DNA of 64,000 nt from Candidatus Krumholzibacteriota bacterium (GCA_963727455.1 CAVSGG010000005.1:512001-576000), one strand, 5' to 3'; positions 54,090-63,763 are shown, counted from the first letter of the stretch. Numbers and translations are program-made. Notes: generated by a model from the letters alone, not told the origin.

Positions 54090-54974
54090 GTGGGGGATGC
54101 GTCTCTCGCGAAGTATTTGGAAGAGTTTGCGTGCCGTCTCCATCCTCGGCTTCTCGCGGCCGTCGAAGCGGAGGACCACGCTCACACCCCCCGTCTGCGG
54201 GAGGCTCTTGGCTACACCCTCCTCGCTCCCGGCAAACGAATTCGTGCCGCTGTCATCGATCTATGGTCACGTTCCGCCATGGGGGCGGACGAAGATCTCG
54301 TGCTGGACGCCGCGACCGCGGTGGAACTGATCCACAGCGCCTCTTTGGTGCTGGATGACTTGCCCAGCATGGATGACGCGCGCACGCGTCGGGGATTGCC
54401 TTGCTGCCATCTGGTCTTTGGGGTTGACACTGCCATCTTGGTCGCCATCGCCAATCTGGCTCGGGCGTTCGAAATCCTGGGAGAAATCGACGCGAAGAGC
54501 CGTCGTCCGAAGCTTACCGCGCTCTTCGCCAGAGCAGTCGGTGTGAATGGAATGATCGGCGGCCAGCACGTCGATCTCCATCTGGAACAGCAGGAGCGCG
54601 ATCTTGATACGCTCGAGTACATTCACCGGCACAAGACCGGCGAACTCTTCAGTGCGTGTGCGCGCGCCGGAGTTCGCTTGAGCGAGGGAGAGGAACGCCT
54701 GGAGGAGATCGCGGCCAACTATGCGCGCAATCTCGGCCTCGCCTTCCAGATCAAGGACGATCTCCTGGACGCCTTTGGTCATGCGCAGGAAATGGGGAAG
54801 GACGCGCGCAAGGATCGGGGCAAAGCGACTTTCGTCAGCTCCCTGGGAGCCGAGGCCAGCGAGGAGATCATGAACCGACTCTTGGCGACGGCCAAGGAGA
54901 GCCTACTCCATCTGCAGAGACCGGATCCGCTTCTGGACGAACTCTGTTCCTTCGTCGCCTCCCGAAGGAACTAG
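54090..54974 (+). CDS. ispA: Polyprenyl diphosphate synthase (FPP/GGPP synthase)
   Basis: GKRIR, SLVLDDLPSMDD...RRG, GQ..D, KTG and GLAFQIKDDLLD. Confidence 0.92.
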   Translation: MGDASLAKYLEEFACRLHPRLLAAVEAEDHAHTPRLREALGYTLLAPGKRIRAAVIDLWSRSAMGADEDLVLDAATAVELIHSASLVLDDLPSMDDARTRRGLPCCHLVFGVDTAILVAIANLARAFEILGEIDAKSRRPKLTALFARAVGVNGMIGGQHVDLHLEQQERDLDTLEYIHRHKTGELFSACARAGVRLSEGEERLEEIAANYARNLGLAFQIKDDLLDAFGHAQEMGKDARKDRGKATFVSSLGAEASEEIMNRLLATAKESLLHLQRPDPLLDELCSFVASRRN

Positions 54975-54977
54975 AGC

Positions 54978-56837
54978 ATGCCGCGCGGTCCCCAAGAGGA
55001 AGAGCGCCTCAGGCAAGGGCTGGCCCGGCTCCGTGAGCTGGGGTATTTGCGGTCTCCCGTGGAGAGCTTCGTCGCGGAGAAAGTCTCACGCGGCCACAGT
55101 CCCTCACGCAGCGCTCTTTTGGCCGGACTGTGGTTGGGAGCGGGCGGGGGAGCTCTCACCGGCCTCTTGCTCACGATCTCGGTGGCAGTGGCGCAGACGG
55201 AAATTCTCGACAACCTCCACGATCTCCTCTGGTTGAGCTTCGATCTCGTGCTGGCAGCCGCGATCCTGGGTGGCGTATTGGTGAGCTTGTTCAGTTATCC
55301 GCTCCTCCTCAGCGCACGACACAACGGCTTTTCCGCGCGACGCCGCGGTGAAATCGCAGTGTTCGTCCTGTCCTCGCTTCTCTTCGGATTGTATCTGAGC
55401 GACGTGGCAGGGCGCTTTGTCCTGCCCAAGATTCAGGGCTCCGCCTGGTTCGTGTTCGCCCTCCTGGCAAGTCTGGTGTGCGCCTCACTCGGAGTGGCCT
55501 GGGGACGCCTCTTTCGCGCCCTTCTCGCGGTCGCGCGATTGGACCATTTCGAGACGGACGCGAGCGAGACGAACCCACGCCACACCCCGCGCGTCATACT
55601 GCTCCTGTTTGCAGTGACAGCAGCTCTTCTACTCCTGGGCCCCTACCGACAATTGCGGCCGTTGCCTACCCTGGACGAGGTTCATCCCGCCGTGTCGTCT
55701 GCAAAGGGGCGGTCCCTCATCCTGTTCACGGTAGACGGCGAGAGTCCCACCGATCTTCCCGGACTCAAGCGCCGGCTCGATGGTCCCATGGTGGCCCTGA
55801 AAGCGCCGGGACTCGTGCTTCACCCCGAGAGCTTCTGGAACTGCGTCGCCACCGGATTCCCGCCGGAGGTGCACGGCCTCAATCGCGCGTCCTCCACCGG
55901 TCCCAAGGGAGTCGCGAGCGACCTGGCGCGGGCGCGCCGGCAACCTCTCCTGGCGCTGATGCTGCGCGGATTGTTGCCGGGGATCGGATTGGCCAAGGAG
56001 AAAGCGCACGATCAGCGCGAACTACTCCGGCCTCCGTTCTGGGAGATCGCCGTGCAGATGGGGCTGAACATGGAGGTGGTGAACGCCTGGGCCACTTTCC
56101 CGGCTGCGCGCCATGCGGGCCTCACCGTGGTCAGCGATCGCTGCTTTCTGCGTCTGTGGGAGGGCGCCGACGCGGCATCGGACAGCCTGCTCGTGCAGCC
56201 CGCGCAAGACGAGCTGCTGCCCGAGCTGCGGGATGCGCTCGCGGAGGAGCGTGGGTACTCTTCGCTGGTTCGCGGCGATTCCCTCTTGGACAAGCTCCCG
56301 CTGCACGATCTGCAGGAGGTGGCTGAGGCCTGGCGTTACGCGCTGGCCAGCGATCTCTTCCATTCCTATCTGATCCTCAAGAGGATGAAGAACCCGGACC
56401 AAGAGGGTCGCATCTGTCATCTGGGTGGCGCGGACATCCTGGAGCGCGCGGTGAAGCGTATTCCAGCTGGTCCTTCAAAGGAGATGGGGAGACGGCTGGA
56501 AGGCCTCTATGCGAATTTTCTGGATGAACTGCTACAAAAAGTGGTAGAGGAAGTTCCAAGGGGGAGCGAATTGTGCTTCGTGCTCTCGAGGATCGACAGG
56601 GGGGAGCGACATGCGTGGGCGTTTCCTTCTTCCTTGGTGAGGGGAGAGGGGAGTGTGCTTCAGCTCGCGCCCTCCTTCTTGCGAATCGTGGGCTTGCCTC
56701 CCGCCAGAGACATGGCCGACAGCGAGGAGAATGGTCCCGCGACCTGGGGACGACGAGCAGCTTGGACGCCGCACGCGAAACGTTCGTCTTCGGACCTCGA
56801 GCGGCTCAAGTCGCTGGGTTACATCGGCGGTTCTTGA
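54978..56837 (+). CDS. Membrane protein with degenerate C-terminal AlkP-like domain
   Basis: About 5 N-terminal TM helices, then LFTVDG, W..VATG.PP..HG, VVNAWATFPA and a terminal ERLKSLGYI. Confidence 0.6.
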   Translation: MPRGPQEEERLRQGLARLRELGYLRSPVESFVAEKVSRGHSPSRSALLAGLWLGAGGGALTGLLLTISVAVAQTEILDNLHDLLWLSFDLVLAAAILGGVLVSLFSYPLLLSARHNGFSARRRGEIAVFVLSSLLFGLYLSDVAGRFVLPKIQGSAWFVFALLASLVCASLGVAWGRLFRALLAVARLDHFETDASETNPRHTPRVILLLFAVTAALLLLGPYRQLRPLPTLDEVHPAVSSAKGRSLILFTVDGESPTDLPGLKRRLDGPMVALKAPGLVLHPESFWNCVATGFPPEVHGLNRASSTGPKGVASDLARARRQPLLALMLRGLLPGIGLAKEKAHDQRELLRPPFWEIAVQMGLNMEVVNAWATFPAARHAGLTVVSDRCFLRLWEGADAASDSLLVQPAQDELLPELRDALAEERGYSSLVRGDSLLDKLPLHDLQEVAEAWRYALASDLFHSYLILKRMKNPDQEGRICHLGGADILERAVKRIPAGPSKEMGRRLEGLYANFLDELLQKVVEEVPRGSELCFVLSRIDRGERHAWAFPSSLVRGEGSVLQLAPSFLRIVGLPPARDMADSEENGPATWGRRAAWTPHAKRSSSDLERLKSLGYIGGS

Positions 56838-56863
56838 ATTCCTTCCGCACTGAGGAGTCTGTG

Positions 56864-57559
56864 ATGCGAAGCGACTTTCAGGGGATGATTGCACGAGCTT
56901 TTCTCATCCTGCTTGCGATTGGTCTGGGCGCGTGTTCTTCGCCTCCCTCGTCGAGCGTAAAGACCGACTCCGCAGCCGAGCAAGAGAGCGTTCGAAAAGA
57001 GAGCGCGTCTACCAAATCGCAGGACGCCGAAAGCAGCGACGCCTATCGCCTTCAGAGTGAGGGTGAAGCTCCGGTCACCAAGGACGTGGAGTTCGAGGAG
57101 GACCGTCTCCCGCCTTCCCCCGAGGAAATCGAGGCAACAAAGCTCGAGAAAACCAAGGTGGCCCCAAGCGAGGTCGAGCAGATGCCCAAGGTGCAAGAGG
57201 AGGCCGCGACCGACAGCAACACGGAGAAGATTCCTCAGAGCGTCACGGCGCCGGTAGAGCCCAGTGTGAAGACGCCGATCGAGGGCAGCCGGCCGGCGGC
57301 GCGCAGAGGATTTCGCGTACAGATCGCGGCTTCGGGTAGCGAGAGCAGCGCGCAAGAGGTGGCCAGGGAGGCCCGCACCCGCGTTCCCGAGACGGTATAC
57401 GTGGTCTTCGAGAGCCCCTATTACAAGGTTCGCGTGGGAGACTTCAGCGATCGGGACCTCGCGTTGCAATTGCGGGATCGGCTCCGCGGGTACGGTTATG
57501 ACGGGGCCTGGGTGGTCACCACCACGATCCTGGAAAACAGCAAGGATTCCGGGTCTTGA
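56864..57559 (+). CDS. SPOR-domain lipoprotein
   Basis: Lipobox LGAC, low-complexity linker, then GFRVQI...YYKVRVGDF...GYDGAWVV. Confidence 0.85.
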   Translation: MRSDFQGMIARAFLILLAIGLGACSSPPSSSVKTDSAAEQESVRKESASTKSQDAESSDAYRLQSEGEAPVTKDVEFEEDRLPPSPEEIEATKLEKTKVAPSEVEQMPKVQEEAATDSNTEKIPQSVTAPVEPSVKTPIEGSRPAARRGFRVQIAASGSESSAQEVAREARTRVPETVYVVFESPYYKVRVGDFSDRDLALQLRDRLRGYGYDGAWVVTTTILENSKDSGS

Positions 57560-57583
57560 CGGGGGGCCCTCATTCGCTAAACT
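57556..57583 (+). promoter_or_regulatory. Stable-RNA-type sigma70 promoter for the tRNA operon
   Basis: TTGACG (57556-57561), 16-nt spacer, TAAACT (57578-57583), about 40 nt upstream of tRNA-Gly. Confidence 0.7.
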
Positions 57584-57622
57584 AATCAGTCCCACACGGT
57601 GGGAATCCTTGGTTTTCAAGGA

Positions 57623-57698
<76 letters not shown>

Positions 57699-57707
57699 TT
57701 GCTTCCT

Positions 57708-57784
57708 GGCGGCATAGCCAAGTGGTCCAAGGCGACGGTTTGCAAAACCGTTATTCCCCAGTTCGAATCTGGGTGCCGCCTCCA
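57708..57784 (+). tRNA. tRNA-Cys (GCA)
   Basis: Acceptor GGCGGCA/TGCCGCC, anticodon arm ACGGT-TTGCAAA-ACCGT, TTCGAAT, discriminator T plus CCA. Confidence 0.97.
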
Positions 57785-57847
57785 TCCGACCCGAGCACGG
57801 CCTGCGGACCCGAAAGAGGCCCGCCGAGCTTGGAATCGAGTTTGCCA

Positions 57848-57880
57848 CGCGGATGACGCCGCATGCGTCATCCGCGTTTT
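57848..57880 (+). terminator. Intrinsic terminator between tRNA-Cys and tRNA-Leu
   Basis: Perfect 12-bp stem CGCGGATGACGC/GCGTCATCCGCG, 5-nt loop, then TTTT. Confidence 0.7.
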
Positions 57881-57924
57881 CGCTTGCCCAATTCCCATAT
57901 GGCGCGGATTTTGGTACTCATGGA

Positions 57925-58009
57925 GCCCGGGTGGCGGAATTGGTAGACGCAGGGGACTTAAAATCCCCAGAAGCTTGTCTTCGTGAGGGTTCGATTCCCT
58001 CCCCGGGCA
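57925..58009 (+). tRNA. tRNA-Leu (TAA)
   Basis: Acceptor GCCCGGG/CCCGGGC, GGCGGAATTGGTAGAC, anticodon arm GGGGA-CTTAAAA-TCCCC, long variable arm; CCA is not encoded. Confidence 0.95.
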
Positions 58010-58082
58010 GAACTACCGCGCCTGCAAGCAGGGCAATCCAGATCTCAGGGAGCGTCTCGGCGCTTTGAGGCGGAAGGCACGC

Positions 58083-59216
58083 GTGCGCATCGCATACTTG
58101 AGCATAGGTCGGCATCTGCACACCGAGCGGTGGATCCAGTACTTCGCGCAGCGCGGTCACGAATGCCATTTGCTCACGGTACAGCCCGGACCCATCGAAG
58201 GGGTGCAGGTGCACGACATCCGCACACGCGCCCCCGGCAAGCCCTTGCGTTACTGGTTGAGCCTGAGAAAAGTGCGAACCATCCTGAAGGGCCTAAAGCC
58301 GGATCTGCTCCACACTCACTTTCTGACCGGCTACGGTTACTGGGGTCACTACTCGCGCTTCTCGCCCAACATCCTGACCGTGTGGGGAGATGACGTCTAT
58401 GTCACGCCGTACGAAAATTTCCTGAAGGGTTGGTTGGCCCGGCGCGCTTTGCGCTCGGCCAGCGCGCTCACCGGCGACTCGGTCGACATTCTCCAACGCT
58501 GCGTCGCACTCGGCGCCGCACCCGAGAGGTGTTACGAGATCCAATGGGGCGTGGACTTTTCCATCTTTTATCCCGGGCGTGGAAGCCGGGTTCGAGAAAA
58601 ACTGGGCATTCCCGAATCTGCGCCCGTCGTCTTCTCGCCGCGCTCCTTCACCCAGGCCTATTACAACATCGACATCATCATCGGTGCCGTAGCGCGTTTG
58701 CAGCAGGAACGCCCTGCGCTCCACGTAATCTTCGCGGGTTACGAGGGCGATCAAGCGCCCTTCCGCGCGTTGGCCGCGCGGGCCGGTCTGACCCGGCACA
58801 CGCATTTTGTGGGCAGAATCCCGCACGAAGACTTCGCGGACTACCTGGTGGCCAGTGAGGTCTTCGTAAGCGTTCCCTCTGTCGACGCGACTGCGGTTTC
58901 ACTGCTGGAGGCCATGGCCTGCGGCCGCGCGATCGTGGTCTCGTCTCTGGCATCCTCCTTGGAGTGGATTCGCGCGGAGGAAAACGGCCTGGTTGTGCCG
59001 CCGCGCGACGAAGGGGCCCTGGTAGATGCCTTGAGGAAACTCCTGGATGACGCTGCGCTGCGCGCGCGCTTTGGGAAGATCTGCGCAGAGGAAGTTCGCC
59101 GGCGCGCCGATCACGATCGGAACATGCAGTGGATGCTGCGCCTCTACGAACATTACACAGAGAACCAGCCTCTACCCGAGGAACTGCGCTCGATCAAAGA
59201 ACGGGGGCTCTCGTGA
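58083..59216 (+). CDS. Glycosyltransferase family 4
   Basis: HTERW, KPDLLHTH, WG.D, GVD and SLLEAMACG. Confidence 0.9.
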   Translation: MRIAYLSIGRHLHTERWIQYFAQRGHECHLLTVQPGPIEGVQVHDIRTRAPGKPLRYWLSLRKVRTILKGLKPDLLHTHFLTGYGYWGHYSRFSPNILTVWGDDVYVTPYENFLKGWLARRALRSASALTGDSVDILQRCVALGAAPERCYEIQWGVDFSIFYPGRGSRVREKLGIPESAPVVFSPRSFTQAYYNIDIIIGAVARLQQERPALHVIFAGYEGDQAPFRALAARAGLTRHTHFVGRIPHEDFADYLVASEVFVSVPSVDATAVSLLEAMACGRAIVVSSLASSLEWIRAEENGLVVPPRDEGALVDALRKLLDDAALRARFGKICAEEVRRRADHDRNMQWMLRLYEHYTENQPLPEELRSIKERGLS

Positions 59217-60151
59217 TCAGTGTCGTCGTTCCCACTCATCGCAAACCCCAACTTTTGCGACGCACCCTGAGAGCTCTCAGCCAACAGCGCTTCGTGCCGG
59301 ACTGGGAGTTGGTGGTGGTGGACGACGGATCCAACGACGACACAGGCGAGGTTCTGCGCGAGTGGGGGAGGTGGCTTCCCTTACGCGCCGTCGCGCTCTC
59401 CGAGAACGAGGGACGCTCCCGCGCCCGCAACCGCGGCTGGCGTCACGCACGCGGGGACAGCGTACTCTTCCTGGACGACGACATCTTGCTCACCCAGAAT
59501 GCGCTGGCCGCACACGCCGCGGCGCAGGCACGCGCCCCCGGGGTATGGTTGGCGGAGGTCAAGACTCTTCCGGAGATCGTGGACTCGACTCTCTTCGAGT
59601 ACCTCGATGCTCAAGGGCTCGCGAAGTGTTCTCCGGATGCTGCAGTGCCCGCGCGCTACTTCCTCACCCAAAACGTATCTCTGCCACGGGCCGCGCTTCT
59701 GCTCTGTGAGGGCTTCGACGAGCGCTTTCAATCCTATGGCTTCGAGGATATGGAGCTGGCGTTCCGTCTCGAGGACCGGGCGGGACTTCGGTTCCACTTC
59801 CTCGAGGGGGCTCTCGGCTACCACGTGCACCATCACACTCTCTCGGAGTATCTGCAGAAGAAGCGCGAGTGCGGACGCTCTTCTCTACCCCTGATCGCGC
59901 GTCTGCACCCCCATCGCCTGCGCGAGATGCAGCTCGATCTCTTGCTCGCGCCTCTTGCGGAACTCGGCGTGCGCAGACGCGCCCTGGCCCTGGGCCTGCG
60001 CCAGAGCTTTCGCCTCGGGGGCGCCAGCGCGGTCCAGGCCGCCGTGCGAGGCTTCGGTGGGGGTATCCCCCAGGGCCTCTGCCGGCGCCTCTACGACTAC
60101 CTGGTGCTCGCCTCGTACGCAAAGGGACTGGCAGAGAAGAACCTGTCATAA
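59213..60151 (+). CDS. Glycosyltransferase family 2
   Basis: SVVVPT, VVDDGS, ARNRG, FLDDD and GFDE.F..YG.EDMEL. Confidence 0.92.
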   Translation: MISVVVPTHRKPQLLRRTLRALSQQRFVPDWELVVVDDGSNDDTGEVLREWGRWLPLRAVALSENEGRSRARNRGWRHARGDSVLFLDDDILLTQNALAAHAAAQARAPGVWLAEVKTLPEIVDSTLFEYLDAQGLAKCSPDAAVPARYFLTQNVSLPRAALLLCEGFDERFQSYGFEDMELAFRLEDRAGLRFHFLEGALGYHVHHHTLSEYLQKKRECGRSSLPLIARLHPHRLREMQLDLLLAPLAELGVRRRALALGLRQSFRLGGASAVQAAVRGFGGGIPQGLCRRLYDYLVLASYAKGLAEKNLS

Positions 60152-60223
60152 CGACACAATTCTGCCACTATGTCACTGTCGAGGGCAGGAGCTGCTACGG
60201 GGCATACCAACTAATTTATTACA

Positions 60224-60268
60224 TAGCAATAGCTTAGTGATTCTACCTTGGCTTGGCATGGGGCTTGT
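60224..60268 (+). promoter_or_regulatory. Putative sigma54 (-24/-12) promoter with adjacent IHF-like site
   Basis: TGGCATG-GGGC-TTGT (60254-60268) against consensus TGGCACG-N4-TTGC; TAGCAATAGCTTA (60224-60236) has one mismatch to WATCAANNNNTTR and lies in an AT-rich patch. Confidence 0.5.
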
Positions 60269-60318
60269 TTTCTCTGGGGGCACCAGGAATCTATCGCAGA
60301 AGGAAAGGAAGCAAGAGA

Positions 60319-62247
60319 ATGGGCAAGATCATTGGAATCGACCTGGGCACGACGAACAGTTGCGTGGCCGTGGTCGAGGGTTCGGAAATCAAAGTCATCA
60401 CCAACGCCGAGGGACAAAAGACCACCCCCTCGGTCGTGGGGTGGAACAAGGACGGAGACCGTCTCGTAGGCGTCGTTGCCAAGCGCCAGGCGGTGACGCA
60501 ACCCGAGCACACGATTTATTCCATCAAGCGTTTCATGGGCCGCCAATTCAACGAAGTGGCCGAGGAGATCAGCGAGGTTCCCTACGAGCTCATCGAGGGA
60601 CCTGGCGGCAAGGTGGTCGTGAAGACTCCCTCGGGGGAATTCACCCCTCCGGAGGTCTCCGCCGTGATCTTGCAGAAGATGAAGGAAACCGCCGAAGCCT
60701 ACCTCGGCGAAGCGGTCACCGAAGCAGTGATTACGGTCCCCGCGTACTTCAACGATTCCCAGCGGCAGGCCACCAAGGACGCCGGACGCATCGCTGGACT
60801 CGATGTGAAGCGCATCATCAACGAACCGACCGCAGCCGCTTTGGCCTACGGACTCGACAAGAAGAAGAACGAGACGGTTGCCGTCTTCGACCTCGGAGGA
60901 GGAACCTTCGACATCTCCATTTTGGATTTGGGAGAGGGCGTCTTCGAGGTCAAGTCGACCAACGGCGACACCCATCTCGGCGGAGACGACTTCGACCAGG
61001 CCGTCATCGAGTGGCTCGTCCAAGAATTCAAGTCGGGGGAGGGCATCGATCTTTCCTTGGACAGCATGGCGATGCAGCGTCTAAAGGAAGCGGCTGAGCG
61101 CGCGAAGTGCGAACTCTCCAGTTCGACCCAGACCGAGATCAATCTTCCCTTCATCACCGCGGACGCGAGTGGCCCCAAGCATCTGGTGAAGACTCTGACC
61201 CGCTCACGCTTCGAGCAATTGGTCGATGCTCTGGTGCAGCGAACGGTGGAACCCTGTCAGAAGGCGCTGCAGGACGCGGGCCTCTCGACTTCGGACATCG
61301 ACGAGGTGATTCTCGTCGGGGGCTCGACTCGCATGCCAGTGATCCAGGAGAAGGTGAAAAGTCTGTTCGGGAAGGACCCGAATCATTCTGTCAATCCGGA
61401 CGAGTGTGTGGCGATGGGCGCCGCAATCCAGGGAGGCGTGCTTTCCGGCGAGTCTCACCTGAACGACGTGGTGCTCCTCGACGTCACGCCTCTGAGTCTG
61501 GGCATTGAAACTCTCGGCGGAGTGATGACGAAGCTCATCGAGCGCAACACCACGATTCCCACCAAGAAGTCGCAGACCTTCTCCACGGCCGACGACAATC
61601 AGAGCGTGGTGGAGATTCACGTTCTGCAGGGTGAGCGCGAGATGGCCGCGGGAAACAAGTCCATTGGCCGTTTCCAGCTCACGGGCATTCCGCCCGCGCC
61701 GCGTGGCATTCCGCAGATCGAAGTCAGCTTCGACATCGACGCCGACGGGATTCTCAACGTGAACGCCAAGGACAAGGCGACCGGCAAGGAGCAGAGCATC
61801 GTCATCCAGGCGTCGAGCGGCTTGGACGAATCGGAAATTCAGAGGATGGTCGAGGACGCCAAGTCCCACGCCAACGAAGACAAGCAGCGACGCGAGAAGG
61901 TGGACGCCAAGAATCAGGCGGAATCGCTGCTCTACCAGGCGCGAAAGCTGCTGAGCGAGACGGGCGACAAAATCCAGTCCGACACGAAGCAGGCGGTCGA
62001 GACGGCAATCTCGGAGTTGGAGTCCGCCAAGGATGGGGAGGATCTGGCCGCGGTGAAGAGCCGAACCCAGACCCTGAGCGATGCTCTCCAGAAGGCGGGA
62101 ACGGAAGCCTACCAGCAGGCCTCGGCCTCCCAGGGCGCCGCCGGCGAGTCTCACACGGATCAGGCGGAGGGCCAGGCTGAGGCCAAAGACGGCTCCTCCG
62201 GGCCGGTAGACGCCGATTTCGAGGTGGTGGACGAGGACAAATCCTGA
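60319..62247 (+). CDS. dnaK: Molecular chaperone DnaK
   Basis: [42 protein letters not shown] and terminal DADFEVV. Confidence 0.99.
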   Translation: MGKIIGIDLGTTNSCVAVVEGSEIKVITNAEGQKTTPSVVGWNKDGDRLVGVVAKRQAVTQPEHTIYSIKRFMGRQFNEVAEEISEVPYELIEGPGGKVVVKTPSGEFTPPEVSAVILQKMKETAEAYLGEAVTEAVITVPAYFNDSQRQATKDAGRIAGLDVKRIINEPTAAALAYGLDKKKNETVAVFDLGGGTFDISILDLGEGVFEVKSTNGDTHLGGDDFDQAVIEWLVQEFKSGEGIDLSLDSMAMQRLKEAAERAKCELSSSTQTEINLPFITADASGPKHLVKTLTRSRFEQLVDALVQRTVEPCQKALQDAGLSTSDIDEVILVGGSTRMPVIQEKVKSLFGKDPNHSVNPDECVAMGAAIQGGVLSGESHLNDVVLLDVTPLSLGIETLGGVMTKLIERNTTIPTKKSQTFSTADDNQSVVEIHVLQGEREMAAGNKSIGRFQLTGIPPAPRGIPQIEVSFDIDADGILNVNAKDKATGKEQSIVIQASSGLDESEIQRMVEDAKSHANEDKQRREKVDAKNQAESLLYQARKLLSETGDKIQSDTKQAVETAISELESAKDGEDLAAVKSRTQTLSDALQKAGTEAYQQASASQGAAGESHTDQAEGQAEAKDGSSGPVDADFEVVDEDKS

Positions 62248-62286
62248 GCGATCGGGCCCGAGCTTGAGATTCCCAGAGCCCCTCGG

Positions 62287-62316
62287 TTGACAGAGCTAGG
62301 GCCCATGGTTCACAAT
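62287..62316 (+). promoter_or_regulatory. Putative sigma70 promoter (TTGACA-N18-CACAAT)
   Basis: Perfect -35 at 62287-62292 and CACAAT at 62311-62316, immediately before the structured leader. Confidence 0.55.
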
Positions 62317-62321
62317 AGCTT

Positions 62322-62541
62322 CGCGAGTTCTCCCGCAAACAAGGGTTTACCGCGAGTGTGAGCCCGATCCCGGCGAACGCGGCATCATCGCCGGGAACTG
62401 CTTCCAGGGAATGACGTAGGAGAAAAGAGCCTTCACGGTCATGGGCCGCCAGGAACCCACCGGGGTTCTTGGCTCCTAGGTCAGTTGCCTGAATAGAGGG
62501 AGGCAGTGGGAGTGTCGCGGTCGAGTTTGCATGGAGACGCG
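62322..62541 (+). ncRNA. Candidate structured RNA / 5' leader of the sigma factor gene
   Basis: Nested long-range stems plus four internal hairpins identified by eye (see findings). Confidence 0.45.
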
Positions 62542-62572
62542 CAACACGGGGCGTCCCAAGGTGGAGGAAATC

Positions 62573-63430
62573 ATGTATGAAGTCGAGCGGAGCCCTGATC
62601 GTCGTCAGGATCAGGCGCTTCAGCATTATTTGAAGGTGATCGGACGCTATCCCTTGCTCACCAAGGAGCAGGAGTTCGATCTGGCCTTCCGTATTCGTGG
62701 CGGCGACGATGCAGCTCTCGAGAAGCTGGTCTACTCGAATCTGCGCTTCGTCGTGAGTGTGGCGAAACGCTACGTCGGCCATGGGCTGTCCTTCCTCGAT
62801 CTCATCGCGGAAGGCAACATGGGTCTCATCACCGCTGCGCATCGCTTCGATGAACGCCGCAATTTCCGTTTCATCTCCTACGCGGTCTGGTGGATTCGCC
62901 AGGCCATTCAAAAGGCGCTTGCGGAGCAGACGCACACGGTGCGCCTGCCGATCAATCGCGCGCAGCAGGCCCAGCGATTGCGCAAGATCAACAACCGTAT
63001 GGAGCAGGAGAAGGGCGGCACCATTCCGCGCGAGGAGCTGGCCAAGCAACTCGACATCTCGGTGAGCAAGCTCAACGAGATCAACGCAGTGCTTCGTCCG
63101 CTGCTCTCGATCGACGAGAGTCTGCACGACGAGGAATCACAGCCTCTGCAGGAGATTCTCTCCAATCCCGAGGAATCCACTCCCGAAGACGAGTTCGTGC
63201 GGGACGAACTGCGCGATCAACTGGACTCCGCCATGAAAAACCTGACATCTCGCGAACGAGACATCGTGGTGCGCTACTACGGGCTCAGCGGGGAGGAGAG
63301 CACCTCACTGGAGGCGATTGGTGAGGACATCAACCTCTCTCGTGAACGCGTACGCCAGATTCGCAATGACGCGCTGCGCAAGATGCGTCATTCGGTTTCC
63401 GGCACCAACCTCACGGACTATCTCAGCTGA
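62573..63430 (+). CDS. RNA polymerase sigma-70 factor, RpoD/SigA family lacking region 1.1
   Basis: YL..IG.YPLL, NLRFVVSVAKRY, DLIAEGNMGL, FISYAVWWIRQAI and SRERVRQI. GGAGG RBS precedes the ATG at 62573. Confidence 0.95.
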   Translation: MYEVERSPDRRQDQALQHYLKVIGRYPLLTKEQEFDLAFRIRGGDDAALEKLVYSNLRFVVSVAKRYVGHGLSFLDLIAEGNMGLITAAHRFDERRNFRFISYAVWWIRQAIQKALAEQTHTVRLPINRAQQAQRLRKINNRMEQEKGGTIPREELAKQLDISVSKLNEINAVLRPLLSIDESLHDEESQPLQEILSNPEESTPEDEFVRDELRDQLDSAMKNLTSRERDIVVRYYGLSGEESTSLEAIGEDINLSRERVRQIRNDALRKMRHSVSGTNLTDYLS

Positions 63431-63452
63431 TCCGGAACGACCGGTCAGCGTG

Positions 63453-63484
63453 AAAGGGGCCTGTTCTTGCGGCAGGCCTTTTTT
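63453..63484 (+). terminator. Intrinsic terminator after the sigma factor gene
   Basis: GGCCTG/CAGGCC stem flanked by AAAGG and TTTTTT. Confidence 0.8.
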
Positions 63485-63504
63485 ATGAGAACGAGGCGAG
63501 GGTC

Positions 63505-63756
63505 GTGAAGAAAACTCTCACACTGCTCTATTTCGCCGAGGTGGCGCGCAGGACGGGAACTCGCGAGGAGTCGATCCCACTGCCTGAAGACGCGACCCTG
63601 GGCCAGCTTCAGGAGAGACTCTTCCAGAAATACCCGCAGCTGAAGGCTATGGAGAAGCACCTCCTGTGGTCGGTTGACGAAGAGATCGCCAGCAGCGAGA
63701 CACGACTGTCTCGGGCGCAGAGGGTGGGCGTCATGCCTCCCTTCAGTGGAGGGTGA
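63505..63756 (+). CDS. moaD: Molybdopterin synthase sulfur-carrier subunit
   Basis: LLYFA...G; 83 aa ending in PPFSGG. Confidence 0.9.
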   Translation: MKKTLTLLYFAEVARRTGTREESIPLPEDATLGQLQERLFQKYPQLKAMEKHLLWSVDEEIASSETRLSRAQRVGVMPPFSGG

Positions 63757-63763
63757 GGCGCCA

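Noticed and set aside
54090-54974. Polyprenyl synthase as a terpene cluster or dedicated carrier-lipid gene
   Set aside because: It is a trans-IPPS of ordinary IspA type with no cyclase or crt genes; undecaprenyl synthesis needs a cis-prenyltransferase.
57925-60151. tRNA-Leu as an island integration site for the two downstream GTs
   Set aside because: No integrase, no duplicated tRNA 3' end noticed, and the GT genes look host-like in GC.
62333-62350. c-di-GMP-I riboswitch suggested by GCAAAC
   Set aside because: It lacks the GNRA-capped P2, the downstream GCAAAG and the tetraloop receptor; GCAAAC instead pairs with 62525-62530.
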